Positions 31,493-59,476 of a stretch of 64,000 nt of DNA are shown in pieces (within the stretch, counting starts at the first letter, position 1; every line of letters starts with the position of its first letter). The DNA is from Chrysomallon squamiferum. Its lineage: Eukaryota > Animalia > Mollusca. Below the pieces are notes generated by a model. The model ran no database searches. It saw only the letters and a list, made by a program, of their open reading frames with translations, and was not told the origin of the DNA. Made by a program: the position numbers and the translations under genes. The DNA lies in contig CM022666.1 in assembly GCA_012295275.1 (NCBI GenBank), positions 13,950,001-14,014,000 of the forward strand, written 5' to 3'.

Positions 31493-31667
31493 CTCTCTCT
31501 CTGTCTCTGAGTTATGTCTGTGTCCGAATCTTTCGCTGTTTTGTTTTCTTTTTCCGTATCTCCATTAAACCTGCAAGTGCAGCACATCTGGTGTATTAGA
31601 AAAGAACTCGTGATGGAACATTTCACTGTCTTTGTTTTTCAGAAATGCTCCTGGGACGCGACACAGA

Positions 31668-40635
<8,968 letters not shown>

Positions 40636-40665
40636 AAATATTTGCTCATTTGTTTCCTAAGATAT

Positions 40666-40701
<36 letters not shown>

Positions 40702-40914
40702 GTGTGTGAAATTTTGTGATGAAATAAATCATTTTGATAATATTTTGTATATGGGTGTGCGTGCGTTCGTGCATAGAGTGAACCATCATAGCAAGGCCCT
40801 ATCATGTAAGAAGAATTTAATCAAAATCTGTAATTGTGACATCATTGCGTACGTGGCATAACAGTTTCCTTTGAGATTTCTCCTAATGTAAGACAAATAT
40901 TAAAATAAAACATA

Positions 40915-40955
<41 letters not shown>

Positions 40956-43264
40956 AATTTTAAAATTTTTTATTTTAAAATTTGTTAATATAGAAGAAAA
41001 AATAAAAAATAATAAATAAATAATAATAAATTACAGATAATAAACAACAACATAACCAACAACAACGACAACAGCAACAAAACCCTCCCCAAAAACCCCA
41101 TAAAAATAATGACGTCAGCCACTTGGAAAAATCAAATCAAATAAAACATAAAAAAAACAAAACAAAACAAAACGGAACAAAATAAAAGAAAAAAAAACGA
41201 ACAAAAGAAAACAAATCAAAGCAAAACAAAACGAAATAAAATAAAATAAAATAAAACAAAATAAACCAGAAGAAAGAAAAAGTGATTATTTAAACACCCA
41301 CGTTTTTCTAATCTTTGCACCAAAAAGATGTGAAGGCGTTTTTTTTTTTTTTTTTTTTTTTTTCTTCCTTTTGTCTTTCCCTTCTTTTTGTAACAATAAA
41401 CCCGCAGAGCTGTAGCAGTAGTGGCAGTAGAAGGTGAGTGATGTAAATGAGGTAGCAGTAGCAGTAATAACATAAATCATAGTAGAACGACAAAAAAAAA
41501 AAAAAAAATAAAATAAAGAAGAACAAACGAAAAAAATGAAGAAAAATAAAGGGATTATTATTTAATTCAGAACATATTTATTTATTCTCGTTAAATCACG
41601 ATCTTAAGACTCTTTGTACGAAATGGTCAGTCTAACCTTTCATTACACTATTCTTCTTCATTATAACTCAGACATAAATGTCACTGTTGCCTGCAACACC
41701 AATTTGTATTTAAAATTTCTCTGATCATAGGACGATGCCTGCAGGATGCAGAAATCTTCAGTGTGGGAGGCGAGATAGGTAACTAGGGAAATGACGTAGC
41801 GAAGACCAGTCAAGTGCCAGAAACTGCTATTTTATTACGACTATATGCGTTTATTTATGGAGTACGGAGTTAGAAAAGTAGAATGTATTAGCGACAGAAA
41901 TTTGCAAAATATTTCCAGACATTTACTTGTGTCTGTGTGGGTGGGTGGTGTGTTTTTGTTGTTTAAAAGTAGTCACGACTGTAAGTATAAATTATTTTAG
42001 CTAATGATCTTATGATTCGACAGTCGTGGCATGTTTAAATAACTAAATATTTTATAACTTTTTAACCCAAGTACACCAGTCTAGCACTTTCTACATGTAC
42101 AGATCTAGTGTTTAAAATATGTATGATCAAATATTAATAGTACGATTATAAAAAGGCTTTCTAACTATAAAGCTTTTATAAGTACTAGTAGTTTAGTAAT
42201 AGTAGCAGTTGTTGTTGTACTACTACTACTATTAAACTGTTGTAGTAATAATGATGATGATAATTAAAAACAAAACAATAACTAAAGATAAATAAAACTC
42301 GTTTGAGCAATGTTTTATATTTATTTTTCAGTAATACACATATATCACAGTTTCAGTTTTGACATCTTCTCGTATCTTCAAACTCTGATATCGTTTTTTA
42401 AAAAGAGTTGGAATTATAGTATTAATCAACTCTTTGTATTTAAAAAATTCAAGATTAAAATATAAGGTTAACTATAAAATATTTCTTCATTCTTTAAAAT
42501 AAATAAAAATACACTTCTAATAAGAATATTAATAATATTTATTATTATTCATTAATAAGAAAAAAAAAAAACATTCACTGCTTTTTGGCTTAAATAGATT
42601 TCAATATTACAGTTGTTGGAAGCAAAACTGAATGTGACTAAACCTTCATCATTTCTGACAAAATATTTAAGTAAATTTTACTAAAATCATACAATTAAAT
42701 AAATACTTAAAATAAAATAAAATAATAAGTTTTAGCTCAGCTAGCTAAGACCCAAGTATTTACTCAAGTTGATGTAATGAAAACAAAAATTATAATACTT
42801 AATGGGAGATAACTCAAGGGAAGGGAAGTAAATGTGTAAATGCATTTTTTTTTTTTTAAATAACAAGAATTTACAATGTCAGGAATGAATAAAATCAACA
42901 TTTTGGCTTTTTTTTCAATATATATATATATATAAATTTATAATTTAAAAGTTTAAATTATCACAGTCACATAAATTATTTATCTGAAGAATTAACAAGA
43001 AATATTATGTTGCTATAAATTAATATTACATTGAATCAAACACTGTTTTTCATACAAGTAATATTCATCAGTGAATTATTATTATAACTAATAATATTTC
43101 AGTGACTTTGAAAGCAGTGAATGTATTCACACCTGGTGAAATTCACACAAAACAAATAGAGTAACCCTTTGTTCAGGTATAGATGCTTATCTCAGTACAC
43201 TTCATAATGAAAAGTATATACCATTTAGACAAGTGAAAAAAACCCCATAACAACACATAATTTA

Positions 43265-43310
<46 letters not shown>

Positions 43311-43327
43311 TTCTAAAATGAAATAGA

Positions 43328-43358
<31 letters not shown>

Positions 43359-44266
43359 AAAAAACAGTAATGGTAAGAAATAAGATCCCAAAAGAAAAAG
43401 AGAAACAAAACAACAACATTATTGGATATCACAGAATAAGCATTCAACTTTCACAGACAAACGTATCTCTGTAAAGCATTTGGTCTGAGATCACAGCATT
43501 TATACAGCATTTGTCAAATGATATCAGTGGTTGAGATTCAACAATCAAGAAAGCATTTCAGAAAAAGCATTCACAGATGAAATAGTTTATGGGAAACAGT
43601 CATCAAACAGAATTTTACAGATAAAAGTTTTGGCAAAAACATTTAAAGAACATTATTACAGATTAATAATATTTCTTGAGCAGTGAAATATCTATTTCCT
43701 TATAACTTCTATATAATGAATCAATCATGACTAAGCATTCATTATTCTGTTTCACAGATTTTCTGATGCTGAGAATCAATTACCAGGAATAAATTCTTTG
43801 CAGCTGAACATCAAACAACATTCTGTAAAATAAAGTATTTCACATATTTAAAAAGTTTTGAGAATCAGTACTCAAGAAAGTAATTCATAACTGAATCAGC
43901 CTTAACAAAACATTCACATGGAGAATCAAACAATAAAACATTGTTTAGAACCAGTGAATATAAAACATTCCACTCATTCACTGAATTCTTTAGAATCAAC
44001 AAACTTTAAGCATTTCACTGCCTGAAAGATCCAGTAACAAAGCATTCACGTAACAAATATATTTTTGTGAGAATTCTTCTTTTAAATGTAAAAGCATTCC
44101 ATTGATTGAATCAATTCTTGAGAATTGACAAACAAAAAATATTCCATTTTATTCGAATCACTGAAAAAGCATTCACGTCACGAATCAGCATTTTTTTTCA
44201 TGAATGCTTCTGTATAAAAGCATTCCACATACTGAATTGACTGTAGCCAAGCATTCATGCAGATAA

Positions 44267-45614
44267 TCAGTCACTGTACAGCATTTCATAGATTGAGTCA
44301 GTGCTGCAGGAAAATTCCTTCAGACAAGTTGGTGAGCAGGCTTTGAATATAAACGGAAGACATCGAATTCCAAATATTTTTGAGGCGGGTCTGATTATTC
44401 TGAGACCCTCTCCAAACATTGGACCCTGGCAGCATTCACACACACCTCGGCTAAAACAGAGAAAAATTCATTAATATTTGCATGTTTGAATTGTAAATTA
44501 GTTACCAAGGATGTGGAGTATGGCTTATAAACAAAAAAACAAGTATTTGATTTATAAATTAAAACAACACATATTTAGTGTATGATTTATAAATTATAAA
44601 AAACAAGTATTTGGTGCATGATTTATAAATAAAATAAAAAAGTATTTGGTCATACAGTTTATAAATAAAAAAACAAATATTTGTACAATTTATAAATAAC
44701 AAAACAAGTATTTGATGTAGGATATAAATAAAAACAAGAATTTGGTGTATGACATAAATAAAAAAAACAAGTATTTGGTGTACAATTTATAAATAAAAAA
44801 ACAAGTATTTGGTGTATGATTTATAAATAAAAAAACAAGTATTAATACAATTTATAACTATATAAACAAGTAATTGGTGTACAATTTATAAATAAATAAA
44901 ACAACTATGAGATGTATGATTTATAAATAAAAAAAAAAGAATTTGATGTTTGACATATAAATTCATTTTAGTATGAACAGTTTATTGTATGAGAGAAGAT
45001 AGTGGCTAATGTTAGAGTATTTGTTATTTTTACCAGTTGTCTACCAGAAATCTTTTATGTGCAGTTTCATACAGATATGAAAGGATATAATCTCAATTTT
45101 CAATATACCTGTTATGAAAAACTGTCAAGAAGATGAAGAAGAAAAACAAAAAGAAAGAAGAAGAAGAAGAAAAGAAAAGAAGAAGAAAGAAGAAGAAGAA
45201 GAAGATAAGAAAAGAAGAAGAAAAAAGAAAAAGAAGAAGAAGAAAAGAAAAGAAAAGAAGAAAATGAGATCACCATGACCTCATCATTTAGAGGTTACAA
45301 TCGATGAAGACTACAAACCTTGCAATGATTTTGTTCACAGCATCAGGAACTCTCTCTGGGTTGACTTCATGAAGTCTTTGTCTGTATATAGTAAGTGCAG
45401 CTATGTCAGTCAGCCTCTGAAAGTACCAAGTAACATATTTGTATTGTTCTGTCATCTCAAACCTCCGTTGTAGCATGCAATTAAACAAGAATGAGTTTCA
45501 CCTGAACTTTTTTTATAAATGAGAAGTAATTATTTCTGAATATATTGCACAAGAAATAATCACTTTTCAGTATTTACATTACAAAATTTAACAAATAGGA
45601 CATAAGTCTGTATA

Positions 45615-45684
<70 letters not shown>

Positions 45685-48094
45685 TTACTCTCAGTGTGTC
45701 TGTAAGTCTGTGTATGTCTGTCTGCCTCGCTGTATCTTTCTGTTATTTGTGTGTGTGTGTATGTGTGTGTGTCTGTGTGTCTGTCTATCTGACTGTATAC
45801 CTGAGGATCGTTTTTAGAATTATCTTTCCAGAAGAATGGACTCATGAAGTTGTTTTTCACGTTCAGGTGCTGCAGTTTAAGGTGAGTACATCCACTGCTC
45901 AGTGCAGGCAGCTGATTGCCTTCCAGTTTTAGTGACCACAGATTTCTAAAAATTTAAATATTAAACAGTTATATAAATAAAATTAAATGAATCAATAAAT
46001 AAATGAAATGAAATGAAACAAAACAAAACAAAAACAAAATAATAATAATAAAAATAAATAAATAAAATAAATGAAATGAAACAAAACAAAACAAGAACAA
46101 AATAATGATAATAAAAATAAATAAATAAATGAAATGAAACAAAACAAAACAAAAATAAAATAATGATAATAAAAATAAATAAATAAAAATGATAATCACA
46201 GGTAACAAAAACAAAACAACAGTAAAATCCCTCCAAAAAACCCAAACAGCAGACAAGATAGCTAAAAAAAAAAAAAACAAATGAAAGAAAAGAACAAAAC
46301 AACAAATAATTAATATTAAATTAAACCAAATTTTAATTAAATTAATAATAAATTTGGTAACTATTAGTTTTACTTTACTTACTGAAGTTTTCTGATTTCA
46401 TTTGGGAGACTGGAAATTTTGTTGTAAGACAAATCAAGAAACTCCAATTTTTCCATATCAAACATTCTAAAAAAATAAAATAATAATAATAATTTTTGTT
46501 TGAAAAAATAAATAAAATAAATCAAGGAAAAAGAAATCCCACAATATCAAAAACATCCAACTTGTTTATCATTTTAATAAATAATTATTACTGAGAAGAA
46601 AACACAGATAAATTTCACCATTATAGAAAAATGTTTTTGGCACATTTTAGCTGTTTTTGTGAAAGGAAAATATTTTTCAACATGACCATCACCATTTTGG
46701 TATAATTGAGAACAGCTATACAAAAACATTCTAGAACTTGTATCAATAACATTATAGAAAGATAGATAGATATTTATAATTCTTTTAATAATGAACTTTA
46801 TTTCATCTTGACAAGATGCAAAAATGAAAATCTTTTCTAAGTAATTTTATTTTAATTGATAAAATAAAAATATGAATGATTTATACCCAGGAGGCAAGGA
46901 AGATATAAGACAGAAAGACGCCACCAAGGCTCGTAGTTTTTCAGTCGTCCGATACCGTTTGGCAGATCTTTCAGTGGGTTGTTACGTAATTTTAACACTT
47001 CTAACTGCGAGATTTCCAGAATCTCTGGTGGAAGAATCTGAAATTTGAAAATGAGTCAGTTAACCACATTTTCATTTATATTTATTTTATTTTTTCATTT
47101 ATGTATTTGTTTACATTTTTCATTTATAAATTTATTTATGTTTTTTCATTTACATATTTATTATTTATTTATATTTTTAATTTATGTATTTGTTTTACAT
47201 TTTTTATTTATATATTTACTTATATTTTGCATATATGTAGGCCTATTATTATTATTTTTTTTTTTTAAAGTTTTGATGCAGATATTTATTTTGTAATTTT
47301 CATTTATGTATTTATTTATTTTTTTTTATTTATGTATTTGTTTACATTTTTCATTTATGTATTTGTTTATATTTTTCATTTATTTATATTCTATATTTAT
47401 GCTTTTATTTTATACTTTAATATCATCAAATCATTCAAGAGATTTGCAGTAATTCTGTAATCAGAACCTACCATTTATAAACATGAGTATATTTTATTTG
47501 TTTTCATTTATATATTCATACACATATTTTTTTCATATATATATATTTATATATATCTTTATTTATTTATATGTTTTATTTAGGTATTCATTTTATACTT
47601 TAATGTCACTAAACATTTGACATTATAAACAACACTATGAAGTATTGCATCTGAGACTACTGTTGCTATAATTATGTCACATACGGACTAAAATAAAAAT
47701 AAGATTCAGTGACAAAATATTTTCTAACTTCAGGCATTAAATCATACAGAACTGGGACAAATTCTATGCCTGTTTCCAAAATATTTTTAAAAACACAGGT
47801 TTATTGTTCGTAAGTATTATATACTGAGTTTAATGCTCTATTTCAAAATAATAATGACTTATGTAAGTATTTAGGAACAGCTATCTTGTTAAAGTGTATA
47901 ACAGTCTAATTAATACAGATAATTATTTAGTTTTCACTTTTCAGGGATTTGAGGGTTCTAACAGGTTTGGTGTTTCTTGGTTCTCGCATTTTTGGTTACC
48001 TGGAAATTGTTGAATGAAATGTTGAGGTAGATAATCGTGTTGACCAGTGGAGATATGTCCGGTAGATCTGATATGAAATGAGCCTGTAAAATCA

Positions 48095-48127
<33 letters not shown>

Positions 48128-48152
48128 TGAAATAATAATAATAATAATTGAA

Positions 48153-48192
<40 letters not shown>

Positions 48193-51100
48193 CAATCATA
48201 ATAATAATAATTGTAATAATAATAATAATATATAATAATAATAATGATGATATTGATGATGATGATGATCATCATCATCATAGTAATGATACTGCTACTA
48301 CTACAATTACTAATAATAATATCAATAATAATAATAATTATCATATTCTACTGCTACAGTCACCACTATTAATAATAATGATAATAACAGTATATATAAT
48401 ATAAAACTACTACTACTACTAATAATAACACACCATTGTTTCATTCCACCTGTTACACTTTAACAATTGTTACTGAAACTTACATCTACAATTCACAAAT
48501 TATTGAATGTTGTCTGAATGAACAATATAACATATAGCAATATAAATCAATATTAATTAAAATGACACATCTTTTTTTATAAACAAGGAACATATTCATT
48601 AGCTATATTAATCTTATTTGACTACAAAAAAAAAGAAAAAAATGTTAAAATGTATTATAAGATTTTTTGTGTTATGAAATGCACAGATATCAAACTGCTT
48701 TATATGAAATTTTTTCTCAAGACATGCACTTTAATTTTCACCTTTACACTGAGGACAGTTCCTCCATTGGCTAAAGAATCAAGTATAGCAAGTTCTGACG
48801 GAGAAATAGCTTCATCACTGGGACACGCTGAAAAACAAATGATCAGTATTTTTAGAGTTAATACATGCATATATCTATGTGAGTGTCTGTATGTGTATAT
48901 TTATATACAGATTGATAGATAGATACTCACTGGTATAATTTTTTATTTAACCATTTTAAATATATATATATAGATAGATAGAAAGATAGATAGATAGATA
49001 GATACATATTTTTTTTTTAGAGAGAGAGAGAGAGAGAGAGAGAGACTGGATTTCAGATTTTTTTTTTAATTTTGGAATATAGACTCAGATTTCAGTCTAA
49101 ACATGAAATCTATTTTTATACATGGAACCTGCAGGTGTTTTCATAGCATTTTATTAATAATTTTGTATGTGAAATAAAACTAGTGTGCTGCAAACCATCA
49201 ACAAAGTGTAAGATACCTCTATCCCCGCTACTGAATAAATATTATGCTTTATAAACATTTTCAAATTTTGGAATTTCTAATGAAAGGAATCTTCAACACA
49301 TATATATGATACAGAGAATATGTATAAGCAGGGATTATGCATAATCCCTGAAATTTTCAGGTTTTGTGTCTAATGTGTGATTCACCTGGAATTATGTCGT
49401 CTATAATGACTAACATCTAACATATAGTTAGTTTTTTTTATATAATCTCCATGAAATTGTTTACTCCATTACTTTATTACTTTAATTAAATTCTCCAATC
49501 TCTTGATAACCTACAATAAATGAAGGATCTTCTAACCAAAATTTCACTTTGTTCTTTTTTTTTAAAATTTTTAGTTAAATTTCTTAATTTTATTATTATT
49601 TTGTTTTTATATTCTTTACCATTCATGTTGCTGGATGGTGCTGGTAAATGTTACTCAGTTTCTGATCACAACACAAGCTTAAAATACATCCACCAAACCA
49701 AGTTTATTTATATTTCTATAATATTTACCTGTAATAATCATTACAGAAGAAAATCTGTTAGTCTACACTCTACTTTTTGCTTCTAGACTGTTGAAACAGT
49801 TTCCTACTAATTTATTCAACACACAATCAGGCCAATGAAGAATATTTATTATATTTAATCAAGAGAATGGGTGATCTTAATTACAGAGATACAAAAATAG
49901 GTGATCCATTTCTAGGAGTAACTAAATTTCTGGTATTATATATTAAAATTATATACACATTCTCTGGCTACACATAATCCATGTAACATTAAATCTATAT
50001 GTTCCAGGGAATACAGATATAATTTTAATTTATTTATTATTATCAATTTTTTTTTTTTAAACATACAAAAAAACAGAAAAAAGAAATCTTCATAATTATT
50101 ATCTTCATTTGAACTAAAACTAAAACTAACATGAACTGTCTTTCTAAGGATACATAATAAACAGTATTAATATCAGCAACAACTACAAAATAGTAACAAT
50201 AATAAAGATGACAGTGATGATGATGATGCTGGTAACTACAACAGTACTGACATCTACAACAACAGCCACTACTTACTGAAAGGTGAAGGACATCTTTCTG
50301 ATCCTTGAAATACTTTTTTGGATGATGGAACGATGGCATCTTTTCCTGGAAGTTCAGACGATCTGAAAATGATACAAAAATAAATAAACAGACTTATTAT
50401 TTCAGAGCCATAATCCAAAACCTATAGACATTAGATTAAAATAACCATTTTGTCAAAAACATCTGTTACATACAATACAGTGGTCAATATATAGCAATAA
50501 CCTTAACAAAAATACACAAACACACACACCCACACACACACACACACACACATTCACACACACACTCATTCACACACATGCATGAGAGTTTGAAATAATA
50601 AAAAGGAAACAAAGAACTACAATAATAATAATAAATGCACATGAACTGGTATAAATTGTTTTTAAAAGACAAATCTTTTAATTAAGTAATAAATTAACAA
50701 GTAAAGCACTAAATAGAAAAATAAAGTAAATAGATATATTAAAGAAACAAAAAAAAAAAAAAATACATAATCCGCACAAACGACAACAACAAAACCACAT
50801 AAAAGAAAAAACAAGAAAGAAACAAATGAATAGCTTATAATAAGTAAGTAATTGAAAAAAATGCTACTCTCAACAATAAAATATAATTCAGTCCTCAAAC
50901 AAGATACTCAATGTATGATTGATTTAAAAAATAATAATAATATGGAATCAACAATGAAATAATATATAATCAACAAATACAAATAATATATGATCAAAAA
51001 AAGAAAGAAATATATATATATATATATAATCAACAACAAAAAAAAATATATAATCAGCAAACAAACAAATATATACAAAAAAAAATCTTAAACAAACAAA

Positions 51101-52557
51101 CAAACAAAAAACAAATCTTAAAAAAAAAAAAAAAAAAATGAAAACAAAATGTTTAAAAAAAAACAACAACTCACTGTCGACTCTTTGATTGAAAACTGAG
51201 TCTGTCTGCCCGGTCATCTTCATACAGAATAATCTCGGTGTGGGGGGCGGTTTCGTCTCGGTAGGATGGACTGTACTTTGGCATGGGCTTGATGACCGAT
51301 CGGACGTCTGTGTGCAAGAGACTTCGGACGTGACACTTTATCATTGACGCCATTTCTATCAGCAGCTGATGTTGTGGTATGCGCGGTTCAGTTGGTTCAA
51401 TTTCTGACGTGAAAAATACTGTGTTGTTACGTGATTGATACGATTATGATTATTAATTAATTACATATACTTTTTCTTATATGTGCAGTTATATTAATAC
51501 GTTCACAGTCAAATTTGTATATATGCAATGTGTACAGATATAGGTACCTGTATGCATAAATTCATACCTACTTACCTAGATACATATATATATATTTATA
51601 TGCACACACACATACACACAGATGCACACACATGCATATACACACATAGATTTTTATCATTATTAATTTTTCCTAAGAAACACAGAAATTCTTCAATGTA
51701 TCATTTCACATAACAAGAAGAAAAGTAATATGATAATATAAAGAAAAACAAACAAACAAACAGACAGACAGACAGATAGATAGATAACAAATAAAATAAA
51801 ATAAAATAATTCATAACAAATAAAATAAAAATCACTCACCAGGGTTCAGCTTGATCGTATGCACTTTGTCCTGCAAACCTTTCTCAGCTCTCAAGTAATC
51901 TGAAAGCAGCTTCGTCAGCTTCTTGTAGTTGTCCCGCGAGTACACTGCCTGCTTGGCCATGTGAATCGGGATTCGTATTTTGCTGGATGCTTTGTAAAGA
52001 AAATGCTCCAGAGTGAAAGCTGGAGGAATGTAGTACCTGAGGTCATCCATGTCAAAGTGTTGTATCATCTCGGAGTTAACTGGCGGGTTCCTCAAAGGGA
52101 ACTGATCTGGGCCTCTCGGTCTGAAAGGTTTGATCAGCGATTTCCCGTCTACGTACGTACCGAGAGCAGTTCGTCCGCGATAGAGAGGGTCCAGAACATA
52201 TTTCAAATCGTCCCGCACAATCCGAGAAGCGACAGTATTCTCGGGGGAACCGTATTTGGCCATGGTGTTGTATGTCTGGTGGGTGGAGGCCGATTCTGAC
52301 GGGGGAGGAGGGGAGACGATCCCCTGCACCCAGCTCTGTGTGGGAGAGTACTGCCGCATGTCTGGAATGTCGCTGATGCTGCGGCCGTACACTGCGGAGT
52401 CGACGCTGTACGTGTCCAGCTGTTTGGTTTTCTGGGTCGTGTGACCTTCACTTTTTGACCTTTTCTTTTCATTTTCGTCTGACAGTGGCGGCAGCTCTCT
52501 TGGAGGTAGTGGCCGACGTAGTAGTTTGACTTCAGTTTTCTTCCAAGGAATGAACAT
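44267..52557 (-). CDS. LRRC63: Leucine-rich repeat-containing protein 63 (about 621 aa after a one-base correction)
   Basis: Minus-strand GT-AG exons 52557-51840, 51403-51175, 50362-50277, 48827-48742, 48083-48000, 47037-46887, 46466-46383, 45945-45801, 45416-45319 and 44450-44267. Phases are consistent once one A is added at 46937-46941. Translation includes ELAILDSLANGGTVLSVKAHFISDLPDISPLVNTIIYLNISFNNFQ, LEVLKLRNNPLKDLP, LEFLDLSYNKISSLPNEIRKL, LKLEGNQL and the C-terminal CECCQGPMFGEGLRIIRP...FIFKACSPTC, all typical of LRRC63. Confidence 0.85.
44510..44960. repeat. ~33-34 bp minisatellite (about 13 copies) in the last LRRC63 intron
   Basis: Unit aagtatttggtgtatgatttataaataaaaaaac, with anchors e.g. 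at 44769 and 44803. Confidence 0.9.
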
Positions 52558-52846
52558 GCTGAGTATAATAGAATATTAAAAACATTTTTGTTGGTTCATT
52601 GATGAAAAAAAACAATAACAACAGCATATTTTGTTTTATTATTAATCTGTATGGTTGTGCATATGCATGTATGTATGTGCCTTAGCACGTTATTTTTTAG
52701 ACCTAATAATTAAATGATAAGGACTGAGTAAATGGATCAGTTAATGTTTTTTTTTTTTTTTTTTAAAGCACATGCAGTTCCCTCTACTTATTAACTAAAT
52801 AACTGATCAAGTGAGAAACTGAAAATATTATTTTTCATGCACTTAC

Positions 52847-52914
52847 CTTTTGAGTAATTAAATTTCTAATCCACTAGTGATGATCAAAAAGAATTTATGT
52901 AAACACTACACCAT
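52847..52914 (-). other. Putative 5' UTR exon of LRRC63
   Basis: Minus-strand acceptor ttttctgttttcag and donor AAG/gtaagt. The coding exon has its own acceptor 1 nt before the ATG. A further upstream donor (gtaaat) lies at 53718. Confidence 0.6.
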
Positions 52915-52926
52915 CTGAAAACAGAA

Positions 52927-52986
<60 letters not shown>

Positions 52987-53718
52987 AAGAAGACGACGAC
53001 GAAAATGATGATGATGGTGATAATGATGAAGATGAAGATAGGAATTAGTTGTTTCCTTTCATTAATAGGAATATGATTTGCAAAATTGTTTTTGTTATTT
53101 ACTTTTATTTATTTATTTTATTTTATTTTATTTTATTTTTTTAATTTTATTTTATTTCTTTTTATTAGTTTTTTATGAAGTTTCAAAATGTATTATTATA
53201 ACATTTTATTTTTTTATTTTATTTTTTTTTACTGCTATATGAACAATCAGATGGAGGGATCAATAAAATCTAGTTGAAGTTAAATAATACATCATGAAAT
53301 TTAATACCAAATCTTTTAATTGTATTGTTTCATTTCCAGTTATAAAATTTAAAGTAATTATATTTCAAAGTTATTATAGAAATACAAAAACATGTGACAG
53401 ACCATAATTTTTAGTGTAAACAGTAAATATTTATCAGGTTTATAATAATAATTAATGTTTGTCATATTGCTAAAAGGAATTATCTTATTCCTATTATTGC
53501 TATTTTATTTCGAGACTGTCAATTCATTTTTATCAAAATACATTTTTGTAGTATGAAATTTTCTATATTATGACCACGCTCATAAGTTTATTTGAGAATA
53601 AATAAAACATAAAAATGTTATTTTATAAATCAACAAAACAGTCATAGTAGAAACGAAATGGAGAAAGAAGAAAGACGAAAACATTCCTGAATTGCACAGG
53701 ATGTATTTAAATATTTAC

Positions 53719-53904
53719 ACAGTTGCACGGAAAACAAAGTGGAAGTACATGGTTCCCTTTCCGCCATATTGAAGCTGTTTCCCTAACAACACTTCCGGAA
53801 TCGATTCGGAGATCTTCGTAAACAATAAAAATTATCGGAATAGATCGGGTGATTGTTTATGAACGAAATAGGCGTCGTTTTTGAAATGGCCTGATGTAGC
53901 AATA
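53719..53904. promoter_or_regulatory. Compact bidirectional promoter LRRC63/AGMAT with YY1-like, RFX X-box-like and ETS motifs
   Basis: CCGCCATATT 53761-53770, GTTTCCCTAACAAC 53777-53790 and ACTTCCGG 53791-53798 sit between the LRRC63 first-exon donor (53718) and the AGMAT ATG (53905). The region is locally CpG-rich. Confidence 0.65.
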
Positions 53905-58208
<4,304 letters not shown>

Positions 58209-58516
58209 CTGGTCGTTTGAACACATCTCAAATTTACTCTTTCATTTTATACACAGATGTATACAGATTATATGTTTAGGTGTACTGATGTGTATTATAA
58301 ATTGTATATTAGTTAAACAGAAAATCATCTTCGATGTCTAAAACAGCTAGTAACAAATGAGTAAATATATGTCATAAATTATATATTCATGGATCGCATA
58401 AGAAATGTATAGGGATACATAAAACATCTGTTAAAAATGCACCATGTATCATCTGTAACGTATAGTTAGTTATAAATATTATAACCAAATCATTAGTATA
58501 CATTTTTTTAAATGAA

Positions 58517-58578
<62 letters not shown>

Positions 58579-58871
58579 TACTACTACTACTATCATTATT
58601 ATTAATTAATTTATTTATTTATTGTACATTTTAACATTATTTTTATTTATTTAAAGGATTTTGTGAATAAAGAATTATATTTAAAAAAATAAAAATAAAT
58701 GTTTCTTTAATTCATTTATTTCTTTATTTCTTTTCTGTTGCCAATACATTTTTCGTTAGTACAAAAACAATACAAAGAAAAAAAAACGTCGAGTTTACAT
58801 TAATCTAATTCCAATGCCATAATTATTTTTGTTATTTCCTGAAATTTTCTAACATTTTTTTATTTATTTAT

Positions 58872-58921
<50 letters not shown>

Positions 58922-59416
58922 TCAAGCGAGACTGTTAATCTTCGGCCATCTTGTTTTCGACATCTGCTTTATTTCGTTTAATTTGTAATCCATTCAAGAA
59001 ATCGATCGTAAGGATTAATAAATTAAAATAATTATCATATAAACAATATTTTCGTATTGATGATGAATAACAATCAAACATCTGTTTATTTTATTAATGA
59101 TGAAATCGTCATTAATATTAATTCAGTAGTTATTAAAATTTTATAAACAATGGCACTGGCAACATATTTACACCCACCACTTTCTTTTCGATCAGTTTGT
59201 CGTGGGTTTATTGATTTTCACCGATAGATTTTAAAGCTGATCAATTCACTGATTGTGATTAACATATCCCCGAAGTACTTATACATTCCAGCAGTTATAG
59301 TTAAAAAATAATAATAATGATGACAGTAATAACGAGATTGTGTCTTCGTTCATCTGTTTTCGTTGTGGTGCTTTATTTCGTTTAATTCGTAATCCCTTTA
59401 AGAACTCAGTCGAAAG

Positions 59417-59476
<60 letters not shown>

